A program made the position numbers and the translations under genes. DNA of 57,135 nucleotides, counting the filler, from Sluysia triapertura (lineage: Eukaryota), in assembly GCA_046118255.1 (NCBI GenBank). It is 4 parts of 4 records of this genome, joined end to end, with 100 filler letters (N's around TTAATTAATTAA, not from the genome) between each part and the next. Parts side by side here need not be neighbours in the genome. Positions count along the whole stretch, not along the records: positions 13,090 to 31,337 come from JBJNIA010163037.1; positions 31,438 to 45,341 come from JBJNIA010014977.1; 2 more parts are not named here. One strand, given 5' to 3'. The notes below the pieces were generated by a model. It did no database searches. It saw nothing but the letters and a program-made list of their open reading frames with translations, and was not told the origin of the DNA. Below are positions 25,861-40,494 of the stretch, piece by piece; the first letter of the stretch is position 1; each line of letters opens with the position of its first letter.

Positions 25861-27179
25861 CTCTAATATATTATTAACAACGTTTAGTAATACTTCTTAT
25901 TGAGCTGCGTAAACAATTACCGAAGATATTACAAGTTGTTATTTAGAATATTTATGTCAAATATAGAATATTTAGAATATATTTGTCAAATTAACGAGGT
26001 TTAATTAAAATTCTTTATATGTTAACGATCTTATAATTTATTCGATAAAAATTATAAATTGGATCTATAAAATTCAGTAAAGTACAATATCCGATATGAA
26101 ATTTCGGATTTAAAAATAAGTTAAAGAATGTGATTTAAACAGATTAAAGTTATAAAATTTACAAAAGGTCCTTCTTAAAATTTTATCGTTATAAAAATTT
26201 TAATTTGTTTGGTAGCAATTTTATATATAAGGGATTTTATATATGATCCTGTTAAACAAGATCGATAAATTCATTATTTCCGATATAGATATAAATATAA
26301 ATATAATAAATATAAATATAATAAAATTTATATTATAATTTAAATATAATATATTATAATTACATTATGATTAATTTGTGTGTAAATTGAACATATAATT
26401 ATTATTGATTTAAATTGAACCTGTAATTATTTTAACAATTATTGATTAATCTTTGTTATTATTTAAACATTATTAATTTGTTGGATTTTTATTTTGAAAT
26501 ATTTTATTTATTGAAAATTTTATTATATTATACTATTATTTTTAATATTTTAATTATTTAATTAATTAACTTTAATTAGACTAGCGTTTAGTACCAGCTT
26601 CTGAAAAAATTATTTATTTTAATTTTAATTTTTTATTATTTGTTTCAATTCGATCAAGGTCGCAATCAAAACACAATTTTTATAAAAAGAAGCTTTGTAA
26701 ACATTTTATAAAACTTTTGAAGATTATTTAAGGATCTCCTTCCAGCTCCAATTTCGTCACAATATTCTTCACTTTTAACATTTGTTTCAAAAGCTGCGTT
26801 GGTTTAATTGTTTTAAGGACTAAAATCATTTTTAAAACTAATTTCCTGATCTTATCACAGATCAAACGAAAATATATATTTAAGAAATTAACTAGTTAAT
26901 TTAGTAAAGTATAATTTATTATTACATTATATTATTTATTATATTTTGTTTTCTTTTGAAATATTTTGAGAATAAATTACACTAACTCTTAATTTTGTTG
27001 TATTACATAACTTATATTGCTTCAACTATAAAATTAATTGTTTTATGATTTCAATAGCTAGAATTTATTTCTAGCCAGGTAAAATACCATTTAAAGATTC
27101 CATATAAAGGAATCTCCGAAAAATCATCTCATAAACTTTATTATTCTCAGTTTTTTAGATAAAATTTCATTAATATCGT

Positions 27180-27304
27180 TACTTACCTCCAGTTAGTTAA
27201 AGATTTAAATAAACTTCTAAGTTTTCAGTAGTGTTTTAAGACTGGCCCTAACTGGTAAGCCCAGTACTTTGGTGAACTCACGCTAAGCTTTTTACTTTAT
27301 TCTA
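27180..27304 (-). repeat. Repeat family E, copy 3 (inverted)
   Basis: Reverse complement reads tagaataaagta...gtgagttcaccaaagtactgggcttaccagt. Confidence 0.8.
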
Positions 27305-27429
27305 TTATTTCACTTTTAAATTTCTCACAATATTGATGGCAAAAATAAATATCATTAGCTAGCCAAAAAAAATTAATATAATCTTTTGAATAAACAAATT
27401 TCCTATTAATACAGATGGAAAATACAAGG

Positions 27430-28374
27430 TTGTCAATAAGAACTGAGACCATTTAATTGTGCTAAAATAATGATTAAAATGATTGTTTGTAAATAAGACC
27501 AGTAATGTCTGGCGAATATGCATCACGATGATGGTGTTGAATCAAATTATTAAGATCCTATGAGTTGGTCAACTGAAAATGGTCCAAGCAAATTACAATC
27601 ACTGTTGCTATCGTAAATTATAAATTTGTGTACCAACCAACACTGTCATTAGTTGACAGTTGATAAGATGGATTATAGTTTATTTAATTAAAACTGCCAA
27701 CTAATGATAGATCTGAAATTGAAATTTTTTACAATTAATAGTATTGATGATAATAATGCTGATAATAATAATAATTATTATTATTATAAAAATAAATTAA
27801 TAATAACATAAATAGAATAAATTAAAATTAATAATAATAAAATAAATTAAAATTCTTAGCATAAATTTCTTTATGTTTTTTCTTTTAAAATTTTCTTTTT
27901 TATCTAAAATTACATATTTTTTGTATCTATTTTTTATGTGCTATGTACTTTAACGTATAAGAATAAAATAAATAATACATTTATTTTCTTCATTTTCCTT
28001 TCTTTGTGTAAGTTCTATTGTCGTTTCGTGTGATTCCTAGTTCTTTTAATATTTCTATTACTTAGCACATTTTTAGATAAGGATAATGTAAAAATAGATC
28101 AGTTTGACATGGTTCTATTTGATATACGTGTTGCGAAATTGATTGTTGAAGGAAGAATATGTGACATCACAAAAATATAAAGAATAAAAATTATAAAAGA
28201 GGTTAGTAAAATTGGACATGTTCCATTTAGATTATTATTATTATGTTTTGAAATAAATTTAAAATGTAAATTTATTGATTTTCGATGTTATGAATGGTTT
28301 TAATGTTATCAAATTGTGAACTTAAAAGTATTTCAATATATTTATAATTTTGAGTAATAAGGTTGGCGACCACA
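27430..28374 (-). mobile_element. TGTGG-terminated module M4
   Basis: Terminus ggttggcgaccaca at 28361-28374, a G/T-rich tract similar to M1, a (taa)n tract at 27745-27840, and tgtcattagttgaca at 27644-27658. Confidence 0.75.
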
Positions 28375-29304
28375 AATACTTTTTTTAGTAAATGCATGAG
28401 CTTTGTTTATAATATATGTTTCATATTTTATTTTAATTTTTTTAATTTATGTTATTTTCTCTAAAACTATTCAAAGAAAATTTAACAAAGTTAAGGTTTT
28501 ATTTAAATTAAATAAATTGATTCATAACATTCTTGTAATAAATAAATCAGAATTTTATAACAATCTTATTTCACTAAATAATCATTTTAAATCTATTCAT
28601 ATTATCAATATAAATTTAAGAACACTTAATAAACCTCTAAATAAACGGTGTCCGGGTTACAAACCCCCTTACATATAATAGTGTTAACTCGATAAACCAA
28701 GGTGACAAAACGAAATAATTTAGAAATAAATATCAGGTACTAAAAATTGAAAAGGGATTTTCACAAATATATTAAAAATATATTAACGGCTAATATCTCC
28801 AAATGTTTAAAAATTTGAATTAATAGCAAAATAATTAATGGAAGATCTCCCTATAATATTTAAAATTATTTGAATTTATTAAAATAACAAAAAAAAAAGT
28901 AAAATTAAAATGGATTCCAAGAATCGTGGATTTTCAAATTAGCAAGACAGCACCTTTCTCTTATTGGATGGGACGAATTGTTCAGTCAAATAATTCCTTT
29001 TTATATTATTTCATTATCCAATCACTTTTGAGTTCTACATTCAAACATTTTCTTACAGGAATCAATTGAATCTCCATTGAGGATTAGTCTGAGAATAACA
29101 GCTTTGAAAATTACGTAGCACTATTTGTCAAATTTTATTAGGTACAGAACATAAAAAATTGATTATTGATCAACCATTACTTTATTTTATTTTACTCTAT
29201 TCAATCAACTTAAACTTAAATAATTTCTCATATTAAAATAACAATCATCAAGGTAGATAAAAATAATAAATTTCAATTAATATTAAGTTTTTCTAGCGGA
29301 AAAT

Positions 29305-29400
29305 GTTTATGGTTCTTATTCTCAAACAGATCACATTCATATGGATTCTCCTCTTTGATAGTAATCATTTAATATTCAGTTCATTATCTTTTCAACATTC
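29305..29400 (+). repeat. Family D-associated fragment
   Basis: ggttcttattctcaaaca...gattctcct...aatcattt matches the reverse complement of 41165-41268. Both translate as GSYSQT.H...DSP...SF.IQFIIFS. Confidence 0.7.
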
Positions 29401-30653
29401 TAAATATAAGAAATTTAATATTCCATAATTAAAAATTAATTAATTTGACTTTGCTCAATATTAAAATCTTTCTTGAATGAACTCAGTTAACTATATCTTT
29501 ATCGAAAGATTTTTTTGAAACAAACACATACACAATTACAACTTTTACATAAAATTACGCATTCAGACGTTATTCATAAAAACCTAATTCTTTTGGTGGC
29601 TCAAACCACTACCAACGATGTTACTACATCATAAACTCGCATCAAATCACCATTATGTGTCATCTGTTACACTTTTCTAAATTTTATCAATCTCCGAAAT
29701 ATAAACTTTTATAACTTACAAATAATAGCCACCGTTGTTATTATCATTATTGTCATTATTAGCCCGATATATTGTCTCTTAAATTGTATTTGATATAATA
29801 TCTCAAACGTTTTTTCCCGGATTTATTGTCAGTAATGTTAAACTAATTTGAAAAAGTACAGAAATGTTTTGTGATTTTTACGAATATTTTCATCCAATTG
29901 AAATTAAGGTTCACTTAGAAACTTATCGTAATCTTTGTTTACTGAACTACTTTATACATCTCGTACTTTAAACAGCCATGATCATTCTAGTTCTACATGT
30001 AACGACCGCTGTTTAAATCAATTGAAATCCTACTTAACTGTAACAGAAGACGATGATTAAAATTATCCTAATTCGGATTTCCAAAATAGTCTTAAAAATT
30101 AATTTATTTACTGTTGCGGTGATTTTAATCTCATAAACTTATCAAGTTCAAAAATATAATTCTGGAAGCGAGTCCACTTAACAAAAACATCATATATCTG
30201 GTCGAATGCGGTCAATTAGGCTTTTAAGAAATAATGTAATTCGACTTTAGAAGAGTCACGTATTACGAAAATATTTTAATTATGTGAATGGTCAAGTTAA
30301 CAGTATTCAATAGTTATCAAAATTCTTTAATTAATTATAATTTATGAGATTTTGAGATTTTAAATTAGCCTTTCACGGTCTAATTTGAAAACTTTCTTTT
30401 ATATTTTATGATATTTAGCTAGCCTTATTACGGTCTAGCAAGGATAAATGATATTTTAGTATTTAATAAACAATTACAAACTCTAGGAATATATATTATC
30501 AAAGAAATACCAAGAAGAAATTTAAAATGTAAATAAAATAATAACAATAACAACAATAATAATAATCAGTTTGGCACTTAAATCTTATGGATTTAGTGCA
30601 ATGTAGTTTATATAGAAATTAACTTAAATTAACTTAAGTAGATTTTAATTTAA

Positions 30654-31130
30654 CGATATTGAAAAGATAAGGGATTGTGTACCACAAATCTCATTATCCT
30701 TAGATAATTAAAAAGATAATGAAATGGACACAGGTGAAAATTGCTGTCAAAATTTAATCAGTAAAATCTGTCGGCTTATCACATACTAAAAAAGAATAGA
30801 TGGCTTTAATTTCCCAATTGCCAAATTTCCATTTTCCCAAATCATCGCAAAACAGCTACATAAGCAGTTGTATTTTTGCAGAAAAATTACACAAAAGAAA
30901 ATAAGATCAAGAATTATATACTTTCTTGCTGTAGGGACGCTGCCTTAATTCATGTATGGATAACGGTGACATTGAGGTTTATTATGTAGTAACTGAAAAA
31001 AATAAACATTTAGGGAAATACAGGAACAAAGATTAGTAACCATTTTTATTTTATTTTCTTGGTTAATACGGCGTCATCATTTATCTTAGATAAGCTTTGT
31101 CACTCCTGGTAATGTTTTGTTAATATTGCA
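30654..31130 (+). repeat. Dispersed repeat family F, copy 1 (about 470 bp)
   Basis: Colinear with 39091-39530 (gatattga.aagataaggg...aaatttaatcagtaaaat...gctacataag...acgctgcct...cctggta). Confidence 0.85.
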
Positions 31131-32389
31131 AGATATTTCCTTATATGCAAAATAGATCTGGAGTCCGTCCGACTAACTAGGCACGATTTATATCTGAAGA
31201 TGACGTCCTAATTAGATTTAAAAGATAATTGAATCGAGTTTTATAAGAATAATTTAAGCTGACTGGTTCCTTAACAGTTTATAATATATTAGCTGAATAA
31301 CTCTTAATGTGCTTAGTTAAACCAGCCTTCGTACGGTNNNNNNNNNNNNNNNNNNNNNNNNNNNNNNNNNNNNNNNNNNNNTTAATTAATTAANNNNNNN
31401 NNNNNNNNNNNNNNNNNNNNNNNNNNNNNNNNNNNNNATGTATTTTCGGCGGAAAAAATACGAACATATGGTTGAGTAGTTATTAAGGTTGGTTGAAAGA
31501 CACCATTTTTAATATTTGTGTATCATGAAGACTTTTATCAATGAAACATATTTTCATCTATCTATTATGGTATATCGTTAATTGCTATTCGATTAATTAC
31601 TCAACTCATATAGTTATACTCTAATACAATGATTTATATCAGTCTGAAATTCTTACACAAATTTCTTAGTAAACACTTTCGATGAAATAGCTTATATGAA
31701 ACTTGAAAACTTCAAGGTAATAAGTGATTTTAAATAATTTTCTAAGAATATTGTTTTCATTGCCTCTAATATCAATATGTTAATGTGAGGTTTAAAAATC
31801 GTCACATCGATTTCGTCTTCAAGGAAATCATTGAAAAACACAGCTAAGAATGCAGATATGAAGACATTAATAATATCTGTATTAAGTTAAACTATACGAA
31901 TTTTCCCATAAACTTATGACCTTAATAAATATGATATATTAAATTTTAATAATCGCAACATAAAACACTTAAAGCTTAAAATCATAAGTTTCAACAAAAA
32001 GGTATTATTAAAAATAAAAGTGGGAAAATAATTTTATGAACCAGTCACATTGATTTTACACTTTAAAGTGAGATATTAAATAAGGAAATACATTTCCGAC
32101 ATATGGTCCATAATTTAATCATACTATTACTTCTGTGTATACTTCAATTTTCTTTATTGAATTATAGTGGTAAAATTTTACACCATACATTCACATAAAA
32201 TAAAAATATAAGTTAAAACTTCGCAGCAAACATTATTATTTGTCAAATAAATAATTTATCAATTGATAACTAAAACCCAAAATAATTTACTTTCTACAAA
32301 AATACTGACATTGTTCCTTCTCACTTCATCATTTCTTTTGCACCAACACTTAAAAACCCCCTTCTTTTAGTAATAAAAAATAATAATAG

Positions 32390-33345
32390 TAGCAATTTTT
32401 TGTGTCATCATGTTCAAATCCTGTTTCATGTACTTCAGCCGATGAGGTAACATAAATGTATAAAATTCTGGAAAATATAAGAAAAACAAAAATTATCACC
32501 GCAAAGAAATTTTAATGATTGAATATACATCTGAGACAATACGGATAAGAATTATAGAAGAAGCTACTGCATATTATCATTACAGACGTAAAAAATTTTT
32601 TTCAAACATACAATGTCAGCACATCAACTTTATTACACGTTTCAATTGTTACATCGAGTTTGTTCCTTTGATCAGTGAAATCGACCTACATTTTATGACG
32701 ATGATATAATTAATATTTATCCTTTCGTCACTCATCAAAGTCTGCAAGCTTTTGATGCCTATAAATTATTTGATGGTAATCAGAACTATGCAGATCGTGG
32801 TGTGATACGATAAAATAGAGATTTGATTTACTTAGTCATGTTTATGATGCCGTTATTTGTAATATGTTATTAGCACATTTGAGCTATATGCTCGAAGAAT
32901 ATCAAAATGCGGTCATGTTTTAATATCATGCTACCATTTTATCTGAATGTGTTAATAGAGTTGACTCTAGTCATGTTTTTCATAAATATTTTCATTCATA
33001 AATATTCATTCCCATGTAATAAAGTTAATGTAACTCTAAATTGTATTTATCATGTTATGGAGATATTTACCAGAAATTCCAAATACTGATTCATATATTA
33101 GTATTATGTTTATTGCCAATCAAAATTGTGACAAGGCAATTAAATTTATGAAAAATCATTGGAACCTAGCAAGATATTTTATGGAGTTAAAAGCCTCAAA
33201 GCTGCAGCTACGTATAACTTAAAGCACGCATTTATGGTTACAAAGGTGATTTCGAAACAGCAGTTTCATCAGAAAACCAGTGATATAAAGTTTATTCCGA
33301 AATGGTTGGTCAAAGAAAATTTTTCAGTAAAAGCTGTATGAGTAT
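32390..33345 (+). pseudogene. CLUH: Clueless/CLUH (TIF31) central and TPR region, decayed fragment
   Basis: IIEEATAYY; PTFYDDDIINIYPFVTHQSLQAFDAYKLF (recalled [29 protein letters not shown]); LLAHLSYMLEEYQNAVMF*YHATILSE ([27 protein letters not shown]); AIKFM...YGVKSLKAA (SLRFL...HGPKALKVA). Stops, frameshifts and internal deletions. Confidence 0.85.
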
Positions 33346-34639
33346 CACGGTTGGTACAAGGTTTGTCCAGGCAATGTGTACTTTTCTTAATAAATTAAAA
33401 ATAGTAAAAGTAAATAATTTGAAAAAAATATAATTATAAAAGTTAAAAATAATAATTATTGCAAAGATTTAATCAATATTCATTGGTTTAAAATAAAAAT
33501 TGCAACATGATTCTAACCGTACTTCGACAAACAGATGCATTACATATCTGGAAGGAATATTCAACTATTCATTTATGCCGATAACATTTCGGGACGATAA
33601 ATTATAGCTTCAGCTCAAAAAATGCCATCAGATATGGTTTTGGTCAGTATGAATTTGTACATTACAAAACGCGTGATATCTTTTAAACCTATTGAATACA
33701 AAGTTAATGCATTAATGAGTGATCGATCATTTCGTAAGAATGCTATTTCAGTTAACCTGAATTAACAACCATGATACATTTGTCTTACAAAATTTATGAA
33801 ACAATTAAATTTAAAGATTTTGTAGAAACAACTGAAATTGATTTTGAGTATGCCAAAGATGATCACACGATTTAAATTCAGTCAGCAATTGATTAAATAT
33901 CCTAAAATTTCTTTATAATAAAAAATAATGCTTTTAATGAAATGTAGCATTGGATAAGACTTAATATTAATAAATTCGTTTCAGACTATGATGTGTTAAG
34001 GTAGACAAAAGCTATCTATTCAAATAAATACCTTGGGTCATAATTTCACCTTAATCATGATAAGAGGTTTCACGTAAATGCATGTCATTTCAAGAAACAA
34101 ATTTTTAATCGTCAGTACGTCTGGCTTGAAATTTTTGATGTTATTTGGAAATGCGAAACAGTATCTCTTAATATTCATAAGTTTATAAAAGACTTTATCC
34201 TTTTTAACGTATTTATATTTGTTTTTCGAATTTGGTAGAGTAGTAGTAGGCAGTGAATTAACTGTTGCTTATTTTATTATCGTAAATTGGTGTAAAAGTT
34301 ATAAAGAGTAAAGTAATGATTTTCTTATAAAATTTGTCAAATAAAAATAAATTATTACTTTTATTTAAAATATAAAGTATTAAATAGTCAAATCAAATTT
34401 ATTTCTTCAGATGTTTTAAATAATTTGTTGATTTTTGCGAAAATTATAAATGTAACTCTTACAATTCAAATTCAGTATTGAAAATTCATTTTATTTATCC
34501 ATCACATACTTTATATACTCAAACCTTCTTGTATTATATTTTTTACTTCGCTTGTCACTCAGAGACATCTTTTGCATTCGTTCACTCTATTAAATGTTAC
34601 GTCTTGCAATATTTTTATCTCTTAAACACTCTCTCTATT

Positions 34640-34825
34640 ACATTAAGAATGTTCTAACTGATCGTCCATTCTTCATGCCGTCAATTTCGTTCTTAAATAT
34701 GAACCACTTAAATGTTCATAAATTTTGACCGCCGGCAACAAACAAAGTTAAAGTTAATTTCTTAATTCAATCAAAAAAATGTACATACCTATTATTGAAA
34801 ACCACAAAATTATCGATCGACCATC
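34640..34825 (-). pseudogene. Possible kelch-repeat fragment
   Basis: LFVLDG and FVAGGQN...EEW across frameshifts, resembling LYVxGG...W. Confidence 0.35.
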
Positions 34826-35494
34826 CAAAACGAATAAAGCTAAAAATAAATTTTTGATTTTGACTCTGACAGCAAAATCATATTTAACATACATAATTTT
34901 ACTAAATGAATCTAATACAAAACTTATAAAGTGATTGTCATATGCTATTTCTGAATTTTTAAATCCTTACTAAATTTGAACTTAGCTCCTTCTTGAATTT
35001 TTATATTACCTAATGATATTTTATTTCGCCTAACTTATCTAACATTTTAACATGAAAAAACTGATTTTATATGGTTATTACATAAACTATTAAATATTGG
35101 TGAGTATTATTTAAGTCACTCATTCAATGTTTATTTTAAGAGACGAAAGATCTCTCTCTTACGCTGGAATTTAAATCATAGTAAATAATTTAATTTCAAA
35201 AAACGAATAAGGACTTAAGGTCTTGTTTGGTTGAATTATTAATTTCATATTAAAGATAGACATAAAATGGAACTTAAAGTCCAAATATTTAAGATAAAAT
35301 CGAAAAATTTAAAATTGAAACTCGGCTTAAGGCCTGTAAATGACTTATTAACAAAGGAGTAACAAAAATAAAAATCTGTCGTATTTATTAATTTATATAG
35401 CATGACTTTTGAATCAATAAATCTTACAACTTTTTTGAATTTATTTCTTTAAAAATTAGTGTAACTTGTTGAAGTTCTCTGGAATTATACAGTT

Positions 35495-35820
35495 TGTGGT
35501 GGCCAACATCACAACACATTAAAGGTTGTACTTCTACATTACCTAAAACACTCATTAGATCAAAAAGTATTAAATTTGCATTTTAAAATATTAGTAATTT
35601 AAATGGAATTTCTTTTGACACCTTTAACTTTGTTATTACACTCTTTTGATACTCCTTCATAATTCTTCATTTCGTTTTCACTCTACCTTTATCTCACCTC
35701 GCTGAACTAGAAGAATAAAAAAGAAATATTTAAAGAAAAGGAAAAGAAGAATTAAAAGAAATTTATGCATTTTTGTTTTTATATTTATTTCTTATTTATT
35801 ATTATTATCATTATTATTAC

Positions 35821-35862
<42 letters not shown>

Positions 35863-36230
35863 CATTGATTATTATTATTATCACACTAAATTTTTAAAAA
35901 ATCTTTATTTGTGCCCCATATCTTATCGTGACAGAACTTGTCACAATTTGATTTATCTATTTTAAATAAAATGAAACATTTACAGCTACTAATTATTGGT
36001 TCCATTCAAAAATGACAATTATTGAATGGCCAATAAAATTATGATGTAGTTTGGCACAAATCAACTAGCTGGCAGATAATTAGTAGTCTCAACACATTAA
36101 TTTGCCTGATCACAAGATTAACCACAATTTATTCAGCCACAGTGTTAACTCAATAACTCTCATCGCAATATAATATATTCAGATACAATAAAGATTCATA
36201 AAAATTTTTAAGCTTTCGCCATTGGAGTTA
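35495..36230 (+). mobile_element. TGTGG-terminated module M5
   Basis: tgtggtggccaac at 35495, a G-poor tract, atttatgcatttt at 35761, (att)n at 35797-35880, and attgaatggccaat at 36021. Confidence 0.75.
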
Positions 36231-36499
36231 ATTATATCAAAATCTAAAGTTTAGATTCTAAACAATACTAATAAATGAAAATTAAATTGAGAGATAGAAC
36301 TGCTAAATGTAATGCCATCTCAACAACAAAATCATTCTGCCAAAATAAGAATACAAGAAATTCAACAAACAAAACCACTTTTAAAGATGAGTGTATTGAA
36401 AATTATAAGTCATTAAATCAAAATCATTTAAAATCACGGCTACAACTTCGTCTTCTAATAGTGTTATGAACTCGAATAATTCAAATTTCAAAATGATGT

Positions 36500-36955
36500 A
36501 CTTTTATTTTATTATTAAGATAGATGAAAATTCTATTATTCCCACAGAATGTTTAAAAATCGTATAAAAAAGGTAATCAAGCTGAAAATATAAATTCTAC
36601 TCCAGAACTAAGTGATACTAAGATTATCATTTTCTCTCATTCATTTAATATAAAATCTATCGAAGATTTAGAGACAGAAGAATTTCCAAGTAATATTAAA
36701 GTTCGAGATCTAGATCAAGAAAGTCAAGAAAGTTTAATAATGAATTTTATATCTCGTCCTTTTTCTACAAAATTAACTAGACACTATGAATATGAATTGT
36801 GCAAGCGCTCTCTGGATCATATTCCTTACTTCATTAACATAACATTCGGTATAACATTCGATGTTATAGACATTAATCGCAATTTTGTTAATATTAATAT
36901 TAATTCCTATTTAACTATTGTTATTAATTGTTTTCATTTCTTTAGATACATTTAG
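36500..36955 (+). pseudogene. Decayed ORF of unknown family, paralogous to 6850-7440(-)
   Basis: Shared NxKSI, MNFIS and GITxD motifs in the same order. Confidence 0.45.
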
Positions 36956-38539
36956 ACATATTAAACATCATAATCGATTAATCATATGTTATTTGATCAT
37001 TAAAGTTATCATTATTTATAATAAAAAACATAAATACTTTACTAATAACTAAGATTCATTTACTGATGTCATCAATTATTGTAATAATGATAATCAAATG
37101 CAAGATTTAAAATTGTAATTTAAATATCAATTCATTAATAGTTGGAATTATAGTCACCTTAATATGTCTTACCTTATAACCGAAGATCGATTTGTCGAGA
37201 TAGTAACAATCTTGATGATAAATTTCTCTTAAATATATCATCTCATAGTTAAATTATCAACAAGTGAAAGTTCATAATGTTGTTTCAACGACAATTATAA
37301 GGATAAACTACAAATATCGAAGTATTAAAATGTACTTAACATTTCAGTCCGACTCAATACTATGATTCATACCTCTACGATCCACGTACTATTCTATTAT
37401 TCAACAGACATAAAGGTAGTCTATTTATTTTATGGAGTATTACATTTTAGTCTTTATTATTATCTTTTTTATATGATTTTTACCTTGATTTAGATTTAAT
37501 TAGTGACTTACTCTCAACACGTTCAATGATATTTCAACATTCGTCATTTGATAACTTATGTTTAATAAAATATTTTGTTGTAAATCAGTTAATTTCTGTA
37601 TCTAATAAATGTCTTAAAGATTATTTCATTTCTTTAATTTTTTTAATTACCAAAAAAGATTTTAATAAGTATGTTTTAATAACGTCTGTTAATGAATATT
37701 CGTTACATAAATTAAACAAGATAAATTCTAAAGAATATTTAATATATGAATTCAAATTTTATTTTGATAATTATTTATTTAATAAACATAAAATTAATTT
37801 CAATTACACAACACTAAAGTATAATCTAACTTACATAGTTTTAATTCATTGTAAAATCCACTACATGTTCAGAATAAAAACTTAATTTTCATTTCTTTTA
37901 GATCCCTGTTAATTCGGGATCCTACATAAAATCAAAATTTTTAACTCGCTAGAATTAAAGCGAAAAATAAATCTTAGTTTTCATAATCCTATTCAGCAAA
38001 TTCCATTGACAGCCATTATAATCCACTTTACTTATTTCTTACGTGTATAAGACTAATATCGTAAGGGACTCACATATAATTCAAATCAATTTAATCATTA
38101 AAATTGGTAAAATCATATATAATTTTATTAGGTTTAAAGTAACGGATGATTTGAAGTGACAGACGACCGTACTGCATTATATATATTCGAAATTTTAGCC
38201 GGAATGAAGGTACATTTCGCTCAGTCATTTTCAATTATAAGATTAATATGGGCACGTAAAAATCTATTAACATTTAAATTTTATATGCTTAAACTTGGGC
38301 GGTTCTTCGATAATTATATTGATATGTGATATTAAAGTTGAACTAGAGCTTGCCTTTTAATACAATAAAATATCCAGTAACTAGTTAACAATTATAAATA
38401 TTGAATTACTATTAATTTTAAACAAAAGAAAATCAATTATTATAAATGTACATTTAATTTTTGTTAGAGTATTACTATTACATTCAAATAGAAATTCATA
38501 TATTTTTTAATAATTTCTTTTTGCAAAGTCGTCATCTAA

Positions 38540-38692
38540 TAAGAAGAAACATAAGGGTTACAACTCAAGATATGGTATAACGATGAATTGTAATAACAAA
38601 ACAAGCATATAAAATACTGGAATCAAGACAAATAAATAAAAAGTATGAAGAAATAACCCTTTTAAAGTTTTTATTTGTTAAAATCTTAAAGT
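38540..38692 (+). repeat. Repeat family D fragment (no module follows)
   Basis: gatgaattgtaat...aagca.at.aaatac...gaagaaataacc...tttgttaaaat.ttaa is shared with 18470-18562. Confidence 0.8.
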
Positions 38693-39090
38693 TAATTAAA
38701 ATTTAATTAAATTTTGTTTAATTAGATAACATAATAAAACATGTTTGCTCAAGATATAATAATATTAGATTTATTTTATAGTACTTTTTATGATAAAGTG
38801 TTACGAAGCACGTCAACATAGATAATGTAAAAATTAGTTATTCTAGTTTTTATAATTTAAAATTAAAGTTAAATATGTTCCGATGTGTAAATATAAGTAA
38901 AGCATATATTAAATTGATGTTTATAAAGATGCCAATTCAAATATGTTATTGAACTTGATAGGCAACGATTTATTAAAAAGATTCCTATAGAAAAACAAAT
39001 TTATTATTCTATTAATGTTATCCTTAATTTAAGTTAATAATTTGCGTTATTGATAGAATAGCTACATAATAATTATATTAAATTGTAAAG

Positions 39091-39530
39091 AATGATATTG
39101 AGAAGATAAGGGGGTTGTTTACCACACATTCCATTATTTTTAGATAATTAAAATGATAATGAAATTGGAAACAGGCAGAAATTATTGCCGAAATTTAATC
39201 AGTAAAATAAACAGTTTTAATATTCGTCTTGTCCAATTTCGAATTTTTAATTTCCTAAATGATCGTAAAACTGCTACATAAGTAGTCATATTAAGACAGA
39301 ACAAAATAAGACAGATAAAGAAGAAACTCAAGAATCTTTTAGCTTTAGGAACGCTGCCTCAACTCATTTGTGGAAAACAGTGAAATTGAGGGGCTTATTC
39401 TTCAGCGAAAAACTAATATAAAGATTTAGAAGTTTGTTTATTGTATTGTTATATTTTAATAAACGGATGTCAACGTTTATTGATTTTATTTAAGTTGTGT
39501 CAGCCCTGGTAGTGATGTTTTAATATTTAG
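39091..39530 (+). repeat. Dispersed repeat family F, copy 2
   Basis: Colinear with 30654-31130. Confidence 0.85.
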
Positions 39531-40494
39531 AGATTTATAACTTTGAAGTAATAATAAAATTATATATTGAAGACGTGTTAAAAAAATAATTAGTTTTATT
39601 TATATAATGGGAGTGTATTGTTATAAAAGAATTTTCATTGTATAACTATGATATTTTAAAGAACATATTGAGGTTCTGGATTTGTTTAGTTATTGGGTTG
39701 TAATTTGATAATTGAAAATAAAAGTATAAAAGACATAACAATTTACTGAAACATAACAACTCGATAGGGATAATCTGGCCATTATTAGCTTTTATTTGGT
39801 ATTTTGACACAAACTTTTCATCAATAAATATTCACATAATTCAAACTATGGCAAATAAAACTTTCAAATATTTCTATGAGTTTTACCAAACTTATTGAAG
39901 ATAGTTCCACATTACTTCGAAGTGCTTTACAAAGTTCATTTGATCAATTAAAGTCGAACTACATTCATTTCGATGAAATATTGGTTGTTTAAACTAATTC
40001 TTTAATTGAAATGGATAAAAAAGATGAACTGTACGACCTTCATACTGATAATTTTAAGTGATCGAAATTAGATTATCTGAAAAACTAGTAAGTTATCATT
40101 TTTTTGTTTGATTGAAGCACTGAAACAAATACTGAACAGAATTCCGATATAACAGACAAAAGAACTTAAATTAAAGTAATTATGTAATTTTCTCAATACA
40201 AGATTGTGAAAGATCTCCACATTTGTAATGTTGTTTAGAACAAGAAGATGGCAGAAACATGATAATATAGATTAAGCAAACGTAGATTAATATTTTAATC
40301 TAATAAAGAGCAGTTACGAATATTAGTTTAATTTAATATTGCCTTTAAGGTATAGAGCGAAAATGAATATTGAATAATAAAATTACTATTAGTGTTGAAG
40401 TATTAATGGCGCTTAAGGCTCTTATAAAATGGACATTCCATCTTAAGGCCTTTAACGAAAAAATAGTTGAATCGTAATTATTAAAAGCGTAATT

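Noticed and set aside
18568-28374. M3 and M4 as the TIRs of one 9.8-kb element
   Set aside because: The flanks (gtaca and aatac) give no TSD and the two modules look like different subfamilies. Unsupported, though not excluded.
33120-33345. BTB-BACK domain reading of this segment
   Set aside because: The flanking blocks match CLUH far better and in order.
39330-39420. F-box-like LWKTVKL motif
   Set aside because: The N-terminal LP..I...IF part is absent in both copies.
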